Origin: Waterburya sp.
Lineage (GTDB): Bacteria > Cyanobacteriota > Cyanobacteriia > Cyanobacteriales > Xenococcaceae
Direction of reading: 5' to 3'
Length of the DNA stretch: 64,000 bases
NCBI GenBank assembly: GCA_965217895.1
Contig: CBDCJV010000002.1
Coordinates: 1,760,001-1,824,000, forward strand
How positions within the stretch are numbered: the stretch's first letter is position 1; every line of letters begins with the position of its first letter. Below the pieces are notes generated by a model that worked only from the letters and a program-made list of their open reading frames with translations, was not told where the DNA came from and did no database searches. The translations under genes and the position numbers were made by a program. Shown piece after piece: positions 19,564 to 33,618 of this stretch.

Positions 19564-19598
19564 AAAAAGACCATCACTTTGAAGAAATGGTCTTTTTA
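19564..19598 (-). terminator. rRNA operon terminator
   Basis: AAAAAGACCAT...ATGGTCTTTTT hairpin just downstream of 5S. Confidence 0.7.
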
Positions 19599-19612
19599 CT
19601 TATAAGATAAAA

Positions 19613-19730
19613 CCTGGCACTGAGCTATTTTTCCGGGGGGCTACCCCCCAAGTATCTTCGCCGCTACAGAGTTTAACTATCGAGTTCGGGATGGGATCGA
19701 AGTGGTTCCACTGCGCTAAAAACACCAGGA
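19613..19730 (-). rRNA. rrf: 5S rRNA
   Basis: Reverse complement TCCTGGTG...GGAACCAC...CCCATCCCGAACTCG...GCCAGG. Confidence 0.95.
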
Positions 19731-19844
19731 AGACTGGTAGGACATCCGTCCCTTCAAGACTGCATAAATCTAGAATTGTGCAGGTTGAGCCAAAATATTG
19801 AGATTACTAAATAAGTCCTTTAGTTGTTTGATAGATTGAATCAA

Positions 19845-22679
<2,835 letters not shown>

Positions 22680-22983
22680 TTTGATTGTTAGATGAGATCC
22701 AACAATCTTTTCTGCTCTATAGGTTATTACCTATTTGGACTTGTTTTTTTGTGAGTTTTTACACTCACTGCCTTAGTTCTATATTTTGGCTCTATCTCCA
22801 GCAAAATCTTTTTCTGTCTTTCGACATCCAAAGCTTTTGCTTTTTCTAGATATTATGCAGTTTTCAAGGTTCGCTTGCTAGAGTCTATAACTCCAGCATC
22901 CTCATCCTACCTTTTTGGCTGGTAGCTATGACAGTGCTGAATCTATTCTCTTTATTTTTAGCTCTTTTTCTCTTTTCGTTTTT

Positions 22984-23059
22984 TGGTGGAGATAAGCGGA
23001 CTCGAACCGCTGACATCCTGCTTGCAAAGCAGGCGCTCTACCAACTGAGCTATACCCCC
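22984..23059 (-). tRNA. tRNA-Ala(TGC), encoded CCA
   Basis: GGGGGTATAGCTCAGTTGGTAGAGCGCCTGCTTTGCAAGCAGG...TCTCCACCA in the ITS. Confidence 0.97.
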
Positions 23060-23142
23060 TTTCATTTAACATTTATCAATTAACACTTATCATTCTCCAG
23101 CCATCGCTGTTTAATGTTCCATGTCAAATGTTCAATGTTTTA

Positions 23143-23219
<77 letters not shown>

Positions 23220-23382
23220 GCATTTTGGTTAGACTCATTTGACTGAGTTTAAACCAGAACACAATTAGTTTGACAGTTCTTGATATTTACCAATTTTTCG
23301 TTTTGTAGACCGACCTTTGGTTTGACCTGTGAAGCTCCAGACATAAATATCTGTCTTGGACTCACGGTTTTGGTCTCCCTAT

Positions 23383-24873
<1,491 letters not shown>

Positions 24874-25094
24874 ATGAACATTTATTCATCAAGTTGATAC
24901 TTGATTTTCTGCTCTTTCTTTTTGTTATCCTTAATAATTGACTTGCAGATAAAATCTTAAAGTCACTAAATTTGGGGATGGAATTTAATGTTTTTAATCT
25001 AAAAAACTTGGTGTTCTAAAAACTGTCAAACTATTGCTTTGTCTAGGTTCTGGGCGTTGTTGACTGACTCATGTCTGTTAACCGCGCATTTACC

Positions 25095-25123
25095 AATATA
25101 GGTAATCTCAATCTCTCTGTCAA
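25095..25123 (-). promoter_or_regulatory. rrn promoter
   Basis: TTGACA-17 nt-TATATT on minus strand; boxA-like GAACCTAGACAA in the leader near 25038-25050. Confidence 0.8.
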
Positions 25124-25220
25124 CCCCTAATTTGAATTTTTTTTTAAATTATTTCTGTCTATCTTCTCAAAGACTGTCATGCTATGGTGTTTGGGCAGAT
25201 AAATAAAAAGTATTTTTCTT

Positions 25221-26099
25221 ATGTCTTTATCCTTTCAAGAAATTATTGCTACTTTGAACGGTTTTTGGAGCGATCGCGGTTGCATAATTGTTCAGCCTTA
25301 TGACACAGAAAAAGGGGCAGGAACAATGAGTCATCAAACTTTTCTACGGGCAATCGGTCCAGAACCTTGGTCTGTGGCATATACAGAACCTTGTCGTCGT
25401 CCAACTGATGGACGTTATGGTGAAAATCCCAATCGATTTCAACATTTTTATCAGTACCAAGTTTTAATTAAGCCATCTCCAGATAACATTCAGGACATTT
25501 ATTTGGAATCACTCAAAGCCTTAGGAATTCATCTAGAAGATCATGATGTTCGTTTTGTAGAAGATAATTGGGAATCTCCCACTCTGGGTGCTTGGGGTGT
25601 AGGTTGGGAAGTCTGGTTAGATGGTATGGAAGTCACTCAGTTTACTTATTTTCAGCAGTGCGGAGGAATTGACTGTAGCCCCGTATCGATCGAAATCACT
25701 TATGGTCTTGAGAGATTAGCAATGTATCTTCAGGATGTAGATGCATTTCCAAAAATAAGCTGGAACGATCGCCTTAGTTATGGAGACATTTTCCTACAAG
25801 CTGAAATTGAGCAGTGTACCTACAACTTTGAAGCCTCTGACCCTGACCTCCTGTTCAGTTTGTTTCGTCTTTATGAGCAAGAAGCTAAACAATTAATCGA
25901 GCGAGGTTTAGTTATTCCTAGTTTAGATTACGTTCTTAAGTGTTCTCACAGTTTCAATCTATTAGATGCTAGAGGAGTGATCGCCGTTACCGAAAGAACC
26001 CGTTATATAGGTAGAATTCGCAATATGGCTAGACAAGTTGCTCAGTTGTATTTAGATCAAAGAGAAAGCTTGGGTTTTCCTTTGCAAAAGATTGGTTAG
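25221..26099 (+). CDS. glyQ: Glycine-tRNA ligase alpha subunit
   Basis: [41 protein letters not shown]. Confidence 0.98.
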   Translation: MSLSFQEIIATLNGFWSDRGCIIVQPYDTEKGAGTMSHQTFLRAIGPEPWSVAYTEPCRRPTDGRYGENPNRFQHFYQYQVLIKPSPDNIQDIYLESLKALGIHLEDHDVRFVEDNWESPTLGAWGVGWEVWLDGMEVTQFTYFQQCGGIDCSPVSIEITYGLERLAMYLQDVDAFPKISWNDRLSYGDIFLQAEIEQCTYNFEASDPDLLFSLFRLYEQEAKQLIERGLVIPSLDYVLKCSHSFNLLDARGVIAVTERTRYIGRIRNMARQVAQLYLDQRESLGFPLQKIG

Positions 26100-26145
26100 T
26101 ATCTAGCTTCTTTTTATACTGTTTGTCGGTCATTTATTCAGAGCT

Positions 26146-26165
26146 TATTGAGAATTTATAGCAAA
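26146..26165 (+). promoter_or_regulatory. Putative Fur box upstream of futA
   Basis: TATTGAGAATTTATAGCAAA resembles cyanobacterial Fur boxes and lies upstream of an iron-binding protein gene. Confidence 0.45.
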
Positions 26166-26227
26166 AGCTGTATGATGAGAAGTCTAAAAATACTCTCTTT
26201 TCTGAAAATATAGCTTTATAAATTCGT

Positions 26228-27301
26228 ATGAATAATCAAGTAAGTAGGTTTTCTAGGCGTTTTTTTTTAGGTGCTAGTACAGCAGCGATAGTTGTTGCCT
26301 GTAGCCAAACCAAGCCTAAACAGCCTCAAAACGAAACCAAAGCAGAAAAAACGCCAAAACAAGCTGGACAGGTAAATATTTACTCTGCCCGTCACTACAA
26401 TACTGACGATCAGCTATATGACGGTTTTACCAAGAAGACGGGTATCAAAGTCAACTTAATTGAAGGTAAAGATGATGAACTGATTGAAAGAATCAAAAGC
26501 GAAGGTGCAAATAGTCCCGCAGACATTTTAATGACCGTTGATGGAGGTAGGTTGTGGCGTGCTGAACAGGCTGGTGTCTTTGCCCCAGTAAATTCAGATG
26601 TTTTGAATCAAAAAATTCCTGCTAATTTACGCGATCCCAATAATCTTTGGTTTGCTTTTAGTAAACGGGCGCGGGTAATTATGTATAACAAAGATAAAGT
26701 AAAACCTACAGATTTAGCTACTTATGAAGATTTAGCCGATCCTAAATGGAAGGGGAAAATTTTGATGCGTTCTTCTAGTAATGTTTATAACCAGTCTTTA
26801 GTCGCAGGCATGATTGAAGAAAAAGGGGAAAAAGCAACATCAGAATGGATCGAGGGATTAGTAGCTAATTTTGCTCGTCCTCCCCAAAGTACTGACACAG
26901 GAAATATTGAGGCGGTAGCTGCGGGACTTGGAGATATTACTCTTGCCAATACTTATTATTTAGCTAGATACGAAGATAAGCCAGAAATATTTGAGAAAAT
27001 TGGCGTGATATTTCCTAATCAAAAGGATCGAGGAACCCATGTCAATATTAGTGGTGCGGGATTATTAAAAAATGCTCCAAACAAGGAAAATGCGATCGCT
27101 TTTCTAGAATATCTTGCCAGCCCTGAAGCTCAAGAATTTTTTGCGGTAAAAAATAATGAGTATCCTGTGGTAGAAGGAACACCGCTCAAGGAAGTAATAA
27201 AAAGCTTTGGGGACTTTAAGGACAATACTACTAATGTGGCTGCATACGGCAAAAATAATTCTACTGCTGTTAAGATTATGGATCGCTCAGGATGGAAGTA
27301 A
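26228..27301 (+). CDS. futA: Fe(III) ABC transporter substrate-binding protein (FutA/IdiA)
   Basis: Tat-like SRRFFLG signal, YSARHY, SPADI, ANTYY, HVNISG, NNEYP. Confidence 0.93.
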   Translation: MNNQVSRFSRRFFLGASTAAIVVACSQTKPKQPQNETKAEKTPKQAGQVNIYSARHYNTDDQLYDGFTKKTGIKVNLIEGKDDELIERIKSEGANSPADILMTVDGGRLWRAEQAGVFAPVNSDVLNQKIPANLRDPNNLWFAFSKRARVIMYNKDKVKPTDLATYEDLADPKWKGKILMRSSSNVYNQSLVAGMIEEKGEKATSEWIEGLVANFARPPQSTDTGNIEAVAAGLGDITLANTYYLARYEDKPEIFEKIGVIFPNQKDRGTHVNISGAGLLKNAPNKENAIAFLEYLASPEAQEFFAVKNNEYPVVEGTPLKEVIKSFGDFKDNTTNVAAYGKNNSTAVKIMDRSGWK

Positions 27302-27321
27302 TCTAATAGCTAGGTAAACAA

Positions 27322-29145
27322 ATGAAACAATTTCTTGGTCTGGCAGCTATGGCTATTGTTTTGCTGGCAGGTGGTATATTAGCTACCCCTTTATCTGCCC
27401 AGGTGAAATCGCCATCGTCTTTATTCATTGTTTATCCACCACCAGAACATCAAACTGTCGCCGAGAAAATGTTTTTTATTGGTACAGCACCTCGGCAGGA
27501 TCGAGTTTTCATCAACGATAAACTAATCAAAAATCGTAGTGATGCAGGACATTTTGCTCCTACTCTTCCTTTGAAAATGGGAGAAAATATTTTTAAAATT
27601 CGCGATCGCGATCGCGAAATAGAAGTTAAAGTTACTCGTATTAATAGCCAACCAGAAATCCCCCCAGGATTAGCTTTTGCCAATGATTCTTTAGTACCAG
27701 GAGTGAATATTGCTCGTTTGGTAGATGAACCAATCTGTTTTAGTGCAGTTGCGACCCCAAATGCCAATGTATCGGTACAGCTAGGTAAGAGTAAGATTAT
27801 GCTTTTACCTCAAGTAAATTCTGTTGAGTTGCCACCAAATTCTGCGGTGTTAACAGAAGCAAATGAACCTGAACAAAATCTAAATATTGGCAAATATGCA
27901 GGATGCACTACGTTGAATTATCCGTTCAATTATGGTAAGCCCATTTTTGAATTAGAACAAGATAATAAGCAGGTAACTCGCCAAGGTGGAGGAGAAATTA
28001 CAATTTTTTCTCCCCAAGACATTAAAGTAGTGGAAGTTATTGCTGATGAGGGAGTTGCTAGGACAGGGGCAAGCAGTGATTATTCTCGTTTAACTCCTTT
28101 ACCTAAAGGAACACGAGCCAGAGTAACAGGCAAAGAAGGAGAATGGTTTCGGTTAGATTATGGTGGCTGGATTGAAGAGTCGGAAACAAAGCCCGTGTTG
28201 GGTAACATACCGCCTCTATCTTTGATTCGAGGCATTACTTCTAGACAAGTAGATTCGGCAACTGAAATTGTTTTTCCTTTGCAAGTGCCTGTGCCAGTAG
28301 AGGTTAAACAAAAAGAAGATAGTATTACTCTTATCTTGCACAACACTACTGCCCAAACTGATACTATTCGTCTAGATGCTGACCCTATAATTAAACGTCT
28401 TGACTGGCAACAAGTATCCCCAACTCAGCTTGATTATACTTTTGAACTTCACACGCAGCAGCAGTGGGGTTATGACTTGCGTTATGAAGGGTCAAGCTTG
28501 ATATTCTCGATACGTCATTCTCCGATTGCTGGCTTAATGTTGCCTGAAGATGGTCAGATTAATAAAGCTATCAAAACCAATTCAGAAAGATTAGACAATA
28601 TTAAAATACTTTTAGATCCTGGACACGGAGGTAAAGAATCTGGTTCAAAAGGTCCTACAGGCTATCCTGAAAAAGACATTACCTTATTAATGTCCAAATT
28701 AGTAGAAGAAGAGCTAACCAAACTAGGTGCCATGGTTTATGTGACTAGGGATAAAAATATTGACGTTTCTCTAGAAGAAAGAGTAGCGATGATTGATAAA
28801 ATAAAACCCGATTTAGCCTTATCGATTCACTACAACGCTTTGCCAGATGGTGGAGATGCCGAGAAAACAAAAGGAATAAGTAGCTATTGGTACAATACCC
28901 AAGCTCATGCTCCTGCAATGTTTTTACAAAATTATTTAGTCACCAATTTAAATCGTTCTAACTATGGCACTTTTTGGAATAACCTCGCTCTGACTCGTCC
29001 TTATACTGCACCCTCAATTTTGTTAGAGTTGGGTTTTATGATTAACCCTGAAGAATTTGAATGGATTACAAACAGTAAAGAACAGCAAAAATTAGCTAGA
29101 GCCCTTGCTCAAGGAATTAGAGAATGGTTTGCGACGGTGGAATAA
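27322..29145 (+). CDS. amiC: N-acetylmuramoyl-L-alanine amidase (AmiC-like, with SH3-like region)
   Basis: LDPGHGG, EKD, SIHYNA, LLELGFM amidase_3 motifs; signal peptide. Confidence 0.88.
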   Translation: MKQFLGLAAMAIVLLAGGILATPLSAQVKSPSSLFIVYPPPEHQTVAEKMFFIGTAPRQDRVFINDKLIKNRSDAGHFAPTLPLKMGENIFKIRDRDREIEVKVTRINSQPEIPPGLAFANDSLVPGVNIARLVDEPICFSAVATPNANVSVQLGKSKIMLLPQVNSVELPPNSAVLTEANEPEQNLNIGKYAGCTTLNYPFNYGKPIFELEQDNKQVTRQGGGEITIFSPQDIKVVEVIADEGVARTGASSDYSRLTPLPKGTRARVTGKEGEWFRLDYGGWIEESETKPVLGNIPPLSLIRGITSRQVDSATEIVFPLQVPVPVEVKQKEDSITLILHNTTAQTDTIRLDADPIIKRLDWQQVSPTQLDYTFELHTQQQWGYDLRYEGSSLIFSIRHSPIAGLMLPEDGQINKAIKTNSERLDNIKILLDPGHGGKESGSKGPTGYPEKDITLLMSKLVEEELTKLGAMVYVTRDKNIDVSLEERVAMIDKIKPDLALSIHYNALPDGGDAEKTKGISSYWYNTQAHAPAMFLQNYLVTNLNRSNYGTFWNNLALTRPYTAPSILLELGFMINPEEFEWITNSKEQQKLARALAQGIREWFATVE

Positions 29146-29295
29146 TTTACTAATGTCAAATAGTACTGCCTCAACATCTCCATTTGATCAAATGAAAGCT
29201 TTTTGTTATCACTCGGGCAACTAAAGCGAAAAGTTATCACAAAAGATGGAGTCGCTTTTGGCAAAATAGTTGAATCAAGTCAGAAAAACTGTATT

Positions 29296-29413
29296 TATAG
29301 CAATACAAGGCTATGTTAGGACACTCCCTGCGGTGGGTACACCTTGGCTACTTATTACTTTTTACTTACGAGCAATTAAATTTTCTGTCCTAACTGATTA
29401 ACGTACTGCGATA
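29296..29413 (-). mobile_element. MITE, copy 2 (same family as 8815-9032)
   Basis: Reverse complement TATCGCAGTACGTTAATCAGTTAGGACAGAAAATTTAATTGCTCGTAAGTAA...AGTGTCCTAACATAGCCTTGTATTGCTATA. Confidence 0.75.
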
Positions 29414-29594
29414 CCATTAGCGATCGCAGCAATAAGTCATTGGTCAAATCAAAGAATCTATAAAGAAATATGTCAGTGATTTGAATATTTACTTGATAAA
29501 CTTTTCATCTTCTGGCATACTAATGGGTGGCAAGAACATAGCACAGCCATTTCGCTGTGTATCTTATCAGTTCCCCAGGGAAATTAGATGAAAT

Positions 29595-29666
29595 GCGGGT
29601 GTAACTCAGTGGTAGAGTGTCACCTTGCCAAGGTGAATGTCGCGCGTTCGAATCGCGTCACCCGCT
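29595..29666 (+). tRNA. tRNA-Gly(GCC)
   Basis: GCGGGTG acceptor stem, CACCTTGCCAAGGTG anticodon arm, GTTCGAATC; upstream TTGATA-17-CATACT. Confidence 0.96.
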
Positions 29667-29797
29667 TCGCTCTATAAGTCGCTTAGCCTCATGGCTTCAG
29701 CGAATCTATCAATTGAGCTACCTATTTAAAAACAAATTAGGTTGTGTTCATCTTTATCGAGATTGAGGCTGAAATTACCTCCACGCAGCGGTATTAA

Positions 29798-30556
29798 TTA
29801 GTTCCATTCTTGTTCTTGCTCAGTCTTTAGCTGAATTAGTTTTTGCTCGATCTTTTGCCAATTGCTTGCGGTGCTTGAAATATCTAACTCTAGCTTGCCT
29901 GCATTTAAGTAAAGAAGGCGATCGCAAAAATTTTTAATTAAGCCTAACTGATGATTAACTATAATTATGGTTAGGTTTTGACTTTGGTTCAACTCTGCTA
30001 AAACACTTAAAAGATGATTTGCCGTACCTATGTCTAAAGCTGATGTCGGTTCGTCCAAGAGTAATACCTGGGGCTGCATTACCAGAGCGCGAGCGATCGC
30101 AACTAATTGTCTTTGTCCTAAAGAAAGCTGTAACTCGTTTCTATCTAGCCATTGAGTCGGTATACGCAGTAAATTTGTCCAGGTATCTAGTCTTCGGCGA
30201 ATTTCTGACTCTGGTAATTCCTGTAGCCGTAAGGGATAGCTTAGGGCATCTGCTACTTTCATTCCTAACAACTTAGGTTCTTGAGAAACCAAGACGATTA
30301 AACGACGCAGTTGAATTATTCCTAATTGTTTGACTGGTAAATCATTAAGATAAATTTCTCCCTGGCTTGGTGAAATCAAACGATTAAGCAGTCTTAATAA
30401 AGATGTTTTGCCTGCACCAGATGCCCCAACCACAGCTACCTTTGCACCTGAGGAAATATCAAAAGAGATGTCCTGTAATAAATAACTAGATCCCAAAGAA
30501 GCTTGAAGGCTAACCTGTTCCAAACGCAGAATTGATGGAAGATTGCGATCGCTCAT
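29798..30556 (-). CDS. ABC transporter ATP-binding protein
   Basis: GASGAGKT, LSLGQRQ, LLLDEPT. Confidence 0.9.
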   Translation of the reverse strand: MSDRNLPSILRLEQVSLQASLGSSYLLQDISFDISSGAKVAVVGASGAGKTSLLRLLNRLISPSQGEIYLNDLPVKQLGIIQLRRLIVLVSQEPKLLGMKVADALSYPLRLQELPESEIRRRLDTWTNLLRIPTQWLDRNELQLSLGQRQLVAIARALVMQPQVLLLDEPTSALDIGTANHLLSVLAELNQSQNLTIIIVNHQLGLIKNFCDRLLYLNAGKLELDISSTASNWQKIEQKLIQLKTEQEQEWN

Positions 30557-30729
30557 ACGCTAGTAGTTTGGGACAATATGCTTACTATAAAATGCGCTGT
30601 AAAGAATGTGCCTTAGATTTCGTACCAGTCAATTTTGTGTATGCTCAAGGGTTTAATTTAAGGACACTCGCCAATCTCCAGAATAATCTAACATCTTAGA
30701 GTAAAATCTAACTGACTTATTATTATTGC

Positions 30730-31530
30730 TTGAGGAGTAAAGATTTGAAGCTTCTAAAACTTGCTAATTGGCTATCTAAAGGGGATTTAGAGCGATATAA
30801 ACAACAAGCCCAGCAAGCCCAGCAAGCTCAACAAGAGCAATCAAAGCTGCAATACTTAGAGTCTGAGCTAAAAAGCCTCAGTGCAAAGCTTCAGCAAACT
30901 CAAAAACAATTAAGGCAAACTCAAGCTCAACTTCAGATCAACCAAGGTTTTCAAATTGAGTTAGGAGAAACTCAGCTAAGATTACAAAAAGTTGATGGCG
31001 AAGCAAAACTCTATAAAAAAGCGTTATTTGAACAACAGAAACAGTTTAACCTCACTCAGTCTCAATTGGAACATACACAGCAAGCCTTAGCTAAGTCCCA
31101 AAATTGGCTAGAGCTATTGAAAACACCGATTCAAATTGTTGAAATACAAAAAACTCTTCCCAAACAAAATTTTGATACCCTCTGGGGATTTGGAATTATT
31201 ACCCCCCAGCCTCAATCTCTGTCCATCGCTGGGGCAATATTAGTCAAAGGTTGGGTTTTGGGCAAAAAATCGATTGCCAAAACTCTTAGAGTCATTTATC
31301 AGACGGATATTTTATTAGAAACTCCCGTTAAGCATTCTCGTCCGACAGTGATGCAAAGGTATCCAGATATTCCTACAGCTAATAGCAGCGGGTTTGAATT
31401 TTCTATTTCTGTGGCAGGAATACCAGAATCGGCAAAATTCAAGCTGGAAGCTCTTTTGGAGGACGAAACTATTGTTTCTCTATGTGATTTTATTCTAAAA
31501 TCTGCACAAATTGAATTAAATGACACATAA
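30730..31530 (+). CDS. Hypothetical protein: Gln-rich coiled coil plus C-terminal beta-rich domain
   Basis: Long ORF with QAQ repeats; GWVLG..RP.V..YP...SGF pattern. Confidence 0.7.
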   Translation: MRSKDLKLLKLANWLSKGDLERYKQQAQQAQQAQQEQSKLQYLESELKSLSAKLQQTQKQLRQTQAQLQINQGFQIELGETQLRLQKVDGEAKLYKKALFEQQKQFNLTQSQLEHTQQALAKSQNWLELLKTPIQIVEIQKTLPKQNFDTLWGFGIITPQPQSLSIAGAILVKGWVLGKKSIAKTLRVIYQTDILLETPVKHSRPTVMQRYPDIPTANSSGFEFSISVAGIPESAKFKLEALLEDETIVSLCDFILKSAQIELNDT

Positions 31531-31660
31531 ACTTTTTCGGAAACTCAGTTAGACTAATAAAAATTAATCACCCCATAAACAGGATGATAATAACTATAAG
31601 GAAAATATAAAAAAATACCAAAACGTTTACAATAGAACTTGAGGTGTTCGGAGGAACAAA

Positions 31661-32023
31661 GTGTTTACAAGACTCGCACAACAGCATCGTCGATTTGTAC
31701 AGGATCTGGTAATGACTCTTCAAGCCCTGGCGATCGCTTTTGAGAATCAAGGTTACTTAGCATCCTGCTATACCTGTGGTGGTGAAATGAATAGTGCCTC
31801 TTTTATGGTCAGTTTAAAAGATGAACATCTAATTCGTTTTTTGGTTTCAGATTACGGAATTACCTGGACTGAAATGAGAGATGATCGCGAACTGATGAAG
31901 TTAGAAGGAGCCGAAGCGATTAATCAATTGCAAGATTTGGCAGATTTAATTAAATATCAAACCCAATCACCTAAATCTTCAGAGGTTAAATCAGATAAGC
32001 CACATACATTACAACCTGTTTAG
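31661..32023 (+). CDS. DUF1815 family cyanobacterial protein
   Basis: MF.RLA.QHR.FV.DLVM.LQALA, ASCYTCG, RFLVSDYGI.WTE. Confidence 0.85.
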   Translation: MFTRLAQQHRRFVQDLVMTLQALAIAFENQGYLASCYTCGGEMNSASFMVSLKDEHLIRFLVSDYGITWTEMRDDRELMKLEGAEAINQLQDLADLIKYQTQSPKSSEVKSDKPHTLQPV

Positions 32024-32107
32024 TTAATCTCAAATGACAAACATCCAGCAAAAAAGCCCAAGATAATTAACTAGATTGGGCTTTTTAATAGGTCCCTTGC
32101 ACGAATA

Positions 32108-32284
32108 ATGAAAACGATCATTAAACTTAAAATTGAAAGATTTGAAGAACAGGGACAAGAATATTTTGTCGCTACTAGTAATGATATACAAGGATTAGTT
32201 GCAGAAGGGAATACAGTAGAAGAAGCAGTAGCCATAGCCGAAGATCTTGCTCATCATCTTCTAGAACTTGATCGTCAGCCATAA
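32108..32284 (+). CDS. Short HicB-like/DUF1902 antitoxin-type protein (58 aa, not in ORF track)
   Basis: MKTIIKLKIERFEEQGQEYFVATSNDIQGLVAEGNTVEEAVAIAEDLAHHLLELDRQP*. Confidence 0.75.
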   Translation: MKTIIKLKIERFEEQGQEYFVATSNDIQGLVAEGNTVEEAVAIAEDLAHHLLELDRQP

Positions 32285-32439
32285 AATGTAAGGGCGTTGC
32301 TCTAATTTAGGTAACGATACACAAAAGAGAAAAGAGTAATGTTCGTAGCTAAAATCTAAAAGCTGATAGCTAAAAGCTGATAGCTAAAAACAAATCGGCA
32401 AACAGCCTAACACCTTAACTTGTCATAAATGATTAATCA

Positions 32440-33408
32440 CTAACGGCTTATTTCAATTCCTCTAGACCTTAGCTGCTGCATAAAAAATTCTTCTAGAGAA
32501 GGCCTTGCTTGATGAATACTAACTAACTGAGCTTCCAAATTATCCAGATTGGATACAAATTGATTTGGCTCAACTTTTAATTGACCATGCCAACGATTAT
32601 TTTCATGGGTCAAATTAGTCATCCAGGGAGCTAAAGTTTCCGAACTTCCCCCAGTTACAATTGCCTGATAGGCATTACTAGTACCTAATAGTTCATCAAG
32701 AGATCCCTGGCAAATTAACTCTCCCAGAGCAAGGAAGGCAATGCGATCGCAAATTTGCTCAATATCAGACAGGACATGGGAATTAAAAAAGATAGTTTTA
32801 CCCTGTTGTTTAAGAGACAAAACAATTTCCCGCATTCGATAGCGTCCCATAGGATCTAATCCTGACATCGGCTCATCCAAAAACACAATTTCAGGATCGT
32901 TAATCAAAGCCTGTGCCATGCCTACTCTTTGCAGCATACCTTTAGAATACTGCTTTAGTTTCTTTTTACGGGCTGTAGACTTAGCTAAACCGACTAAATC
33001 TAGTAATTCAGCAATACGTTGACGCTGAATTTTTCGTGGAATTTGGAATAACCCAGCAATAAATTCTAAAAACTCCCAGGCGGTGAGAAAATCGTAAAGA
33101 AAGGCGTTTTCGGGTAAGTAACCAATCTTTTGCTTAACAGTGCGATCGCCAATTGGTTTTCCTAAAATCACTGCCCTGCCTGTAGTTGGACGGGTAATTC
33201 CTAATAAAGTTTTGAGCAGCGTTGTTTTTCCTGCCCCATTAGGACCAAGTAAACCAAACGTTTCTCCTTGATGAATACTCAAAGAACAATTTTTTAGCGA
33301 TTCTATTTTTTGATTCATCCAAAAGCCAGTACGATAAACCTTGCCCAAATTCCAGGTTTGTACCACTGAAAGAGAATCATTAGGGGAAATTGTAGAAGGC
33401 ATAAACAA
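32440..33408 (-). CDS. ABC-2-type transporter ATP-binding protein
   Basis: GPNGAGKT, YSKGMLQR, FLDEPMSGLDP, SLEEFF. Confidence 0.92.
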   Translation of the reverse strand: MFMPSTISPNDSLSVVQTWNLGKVYRTGFWMNQKIESLKNCSLSIHQGETFGLLGPNGAGKTTLLKTLLGITRPTTGRAVILGKPIGDRTVKQKIGYLPENAFLYDFLTAWEFLEFIAGLFQIPRKIQRQRIAELLDLVGLAKSTARKKKLKQYSKGMLQRVGMAQALINDPEIVFLDEPMSGLDPMGRYRMREIVLSLKQQGKTIFFNSHVLSDIEQICDRIAFLALGELICQGSLDELLGTSNAYQAIVTGGSSETLAPWMTNLTHENNRWHGQLKVEPNQFVSNLDNLEAQLVSIHQARPSLEEFFMQQLRSRGIEISR

Positions 33409-33618
33409 CCGTCAGTTACAAAGTATATTTGCCTTTATAGTTCCCTAAAATCGATCATTTTTTAACATTTTAATAAAAGTGTTTTAATTAAGCTCCAAAT
33501 CGAAAATTCCAATTTCCTCAACAACTCTATACTAAAAAAACAGACAATTGTGTTGGTATGTATTACTTATTGTGACTATAATTATTTAATCAAACTTAGC
33601 TTTTATTACCTCTAAGAA

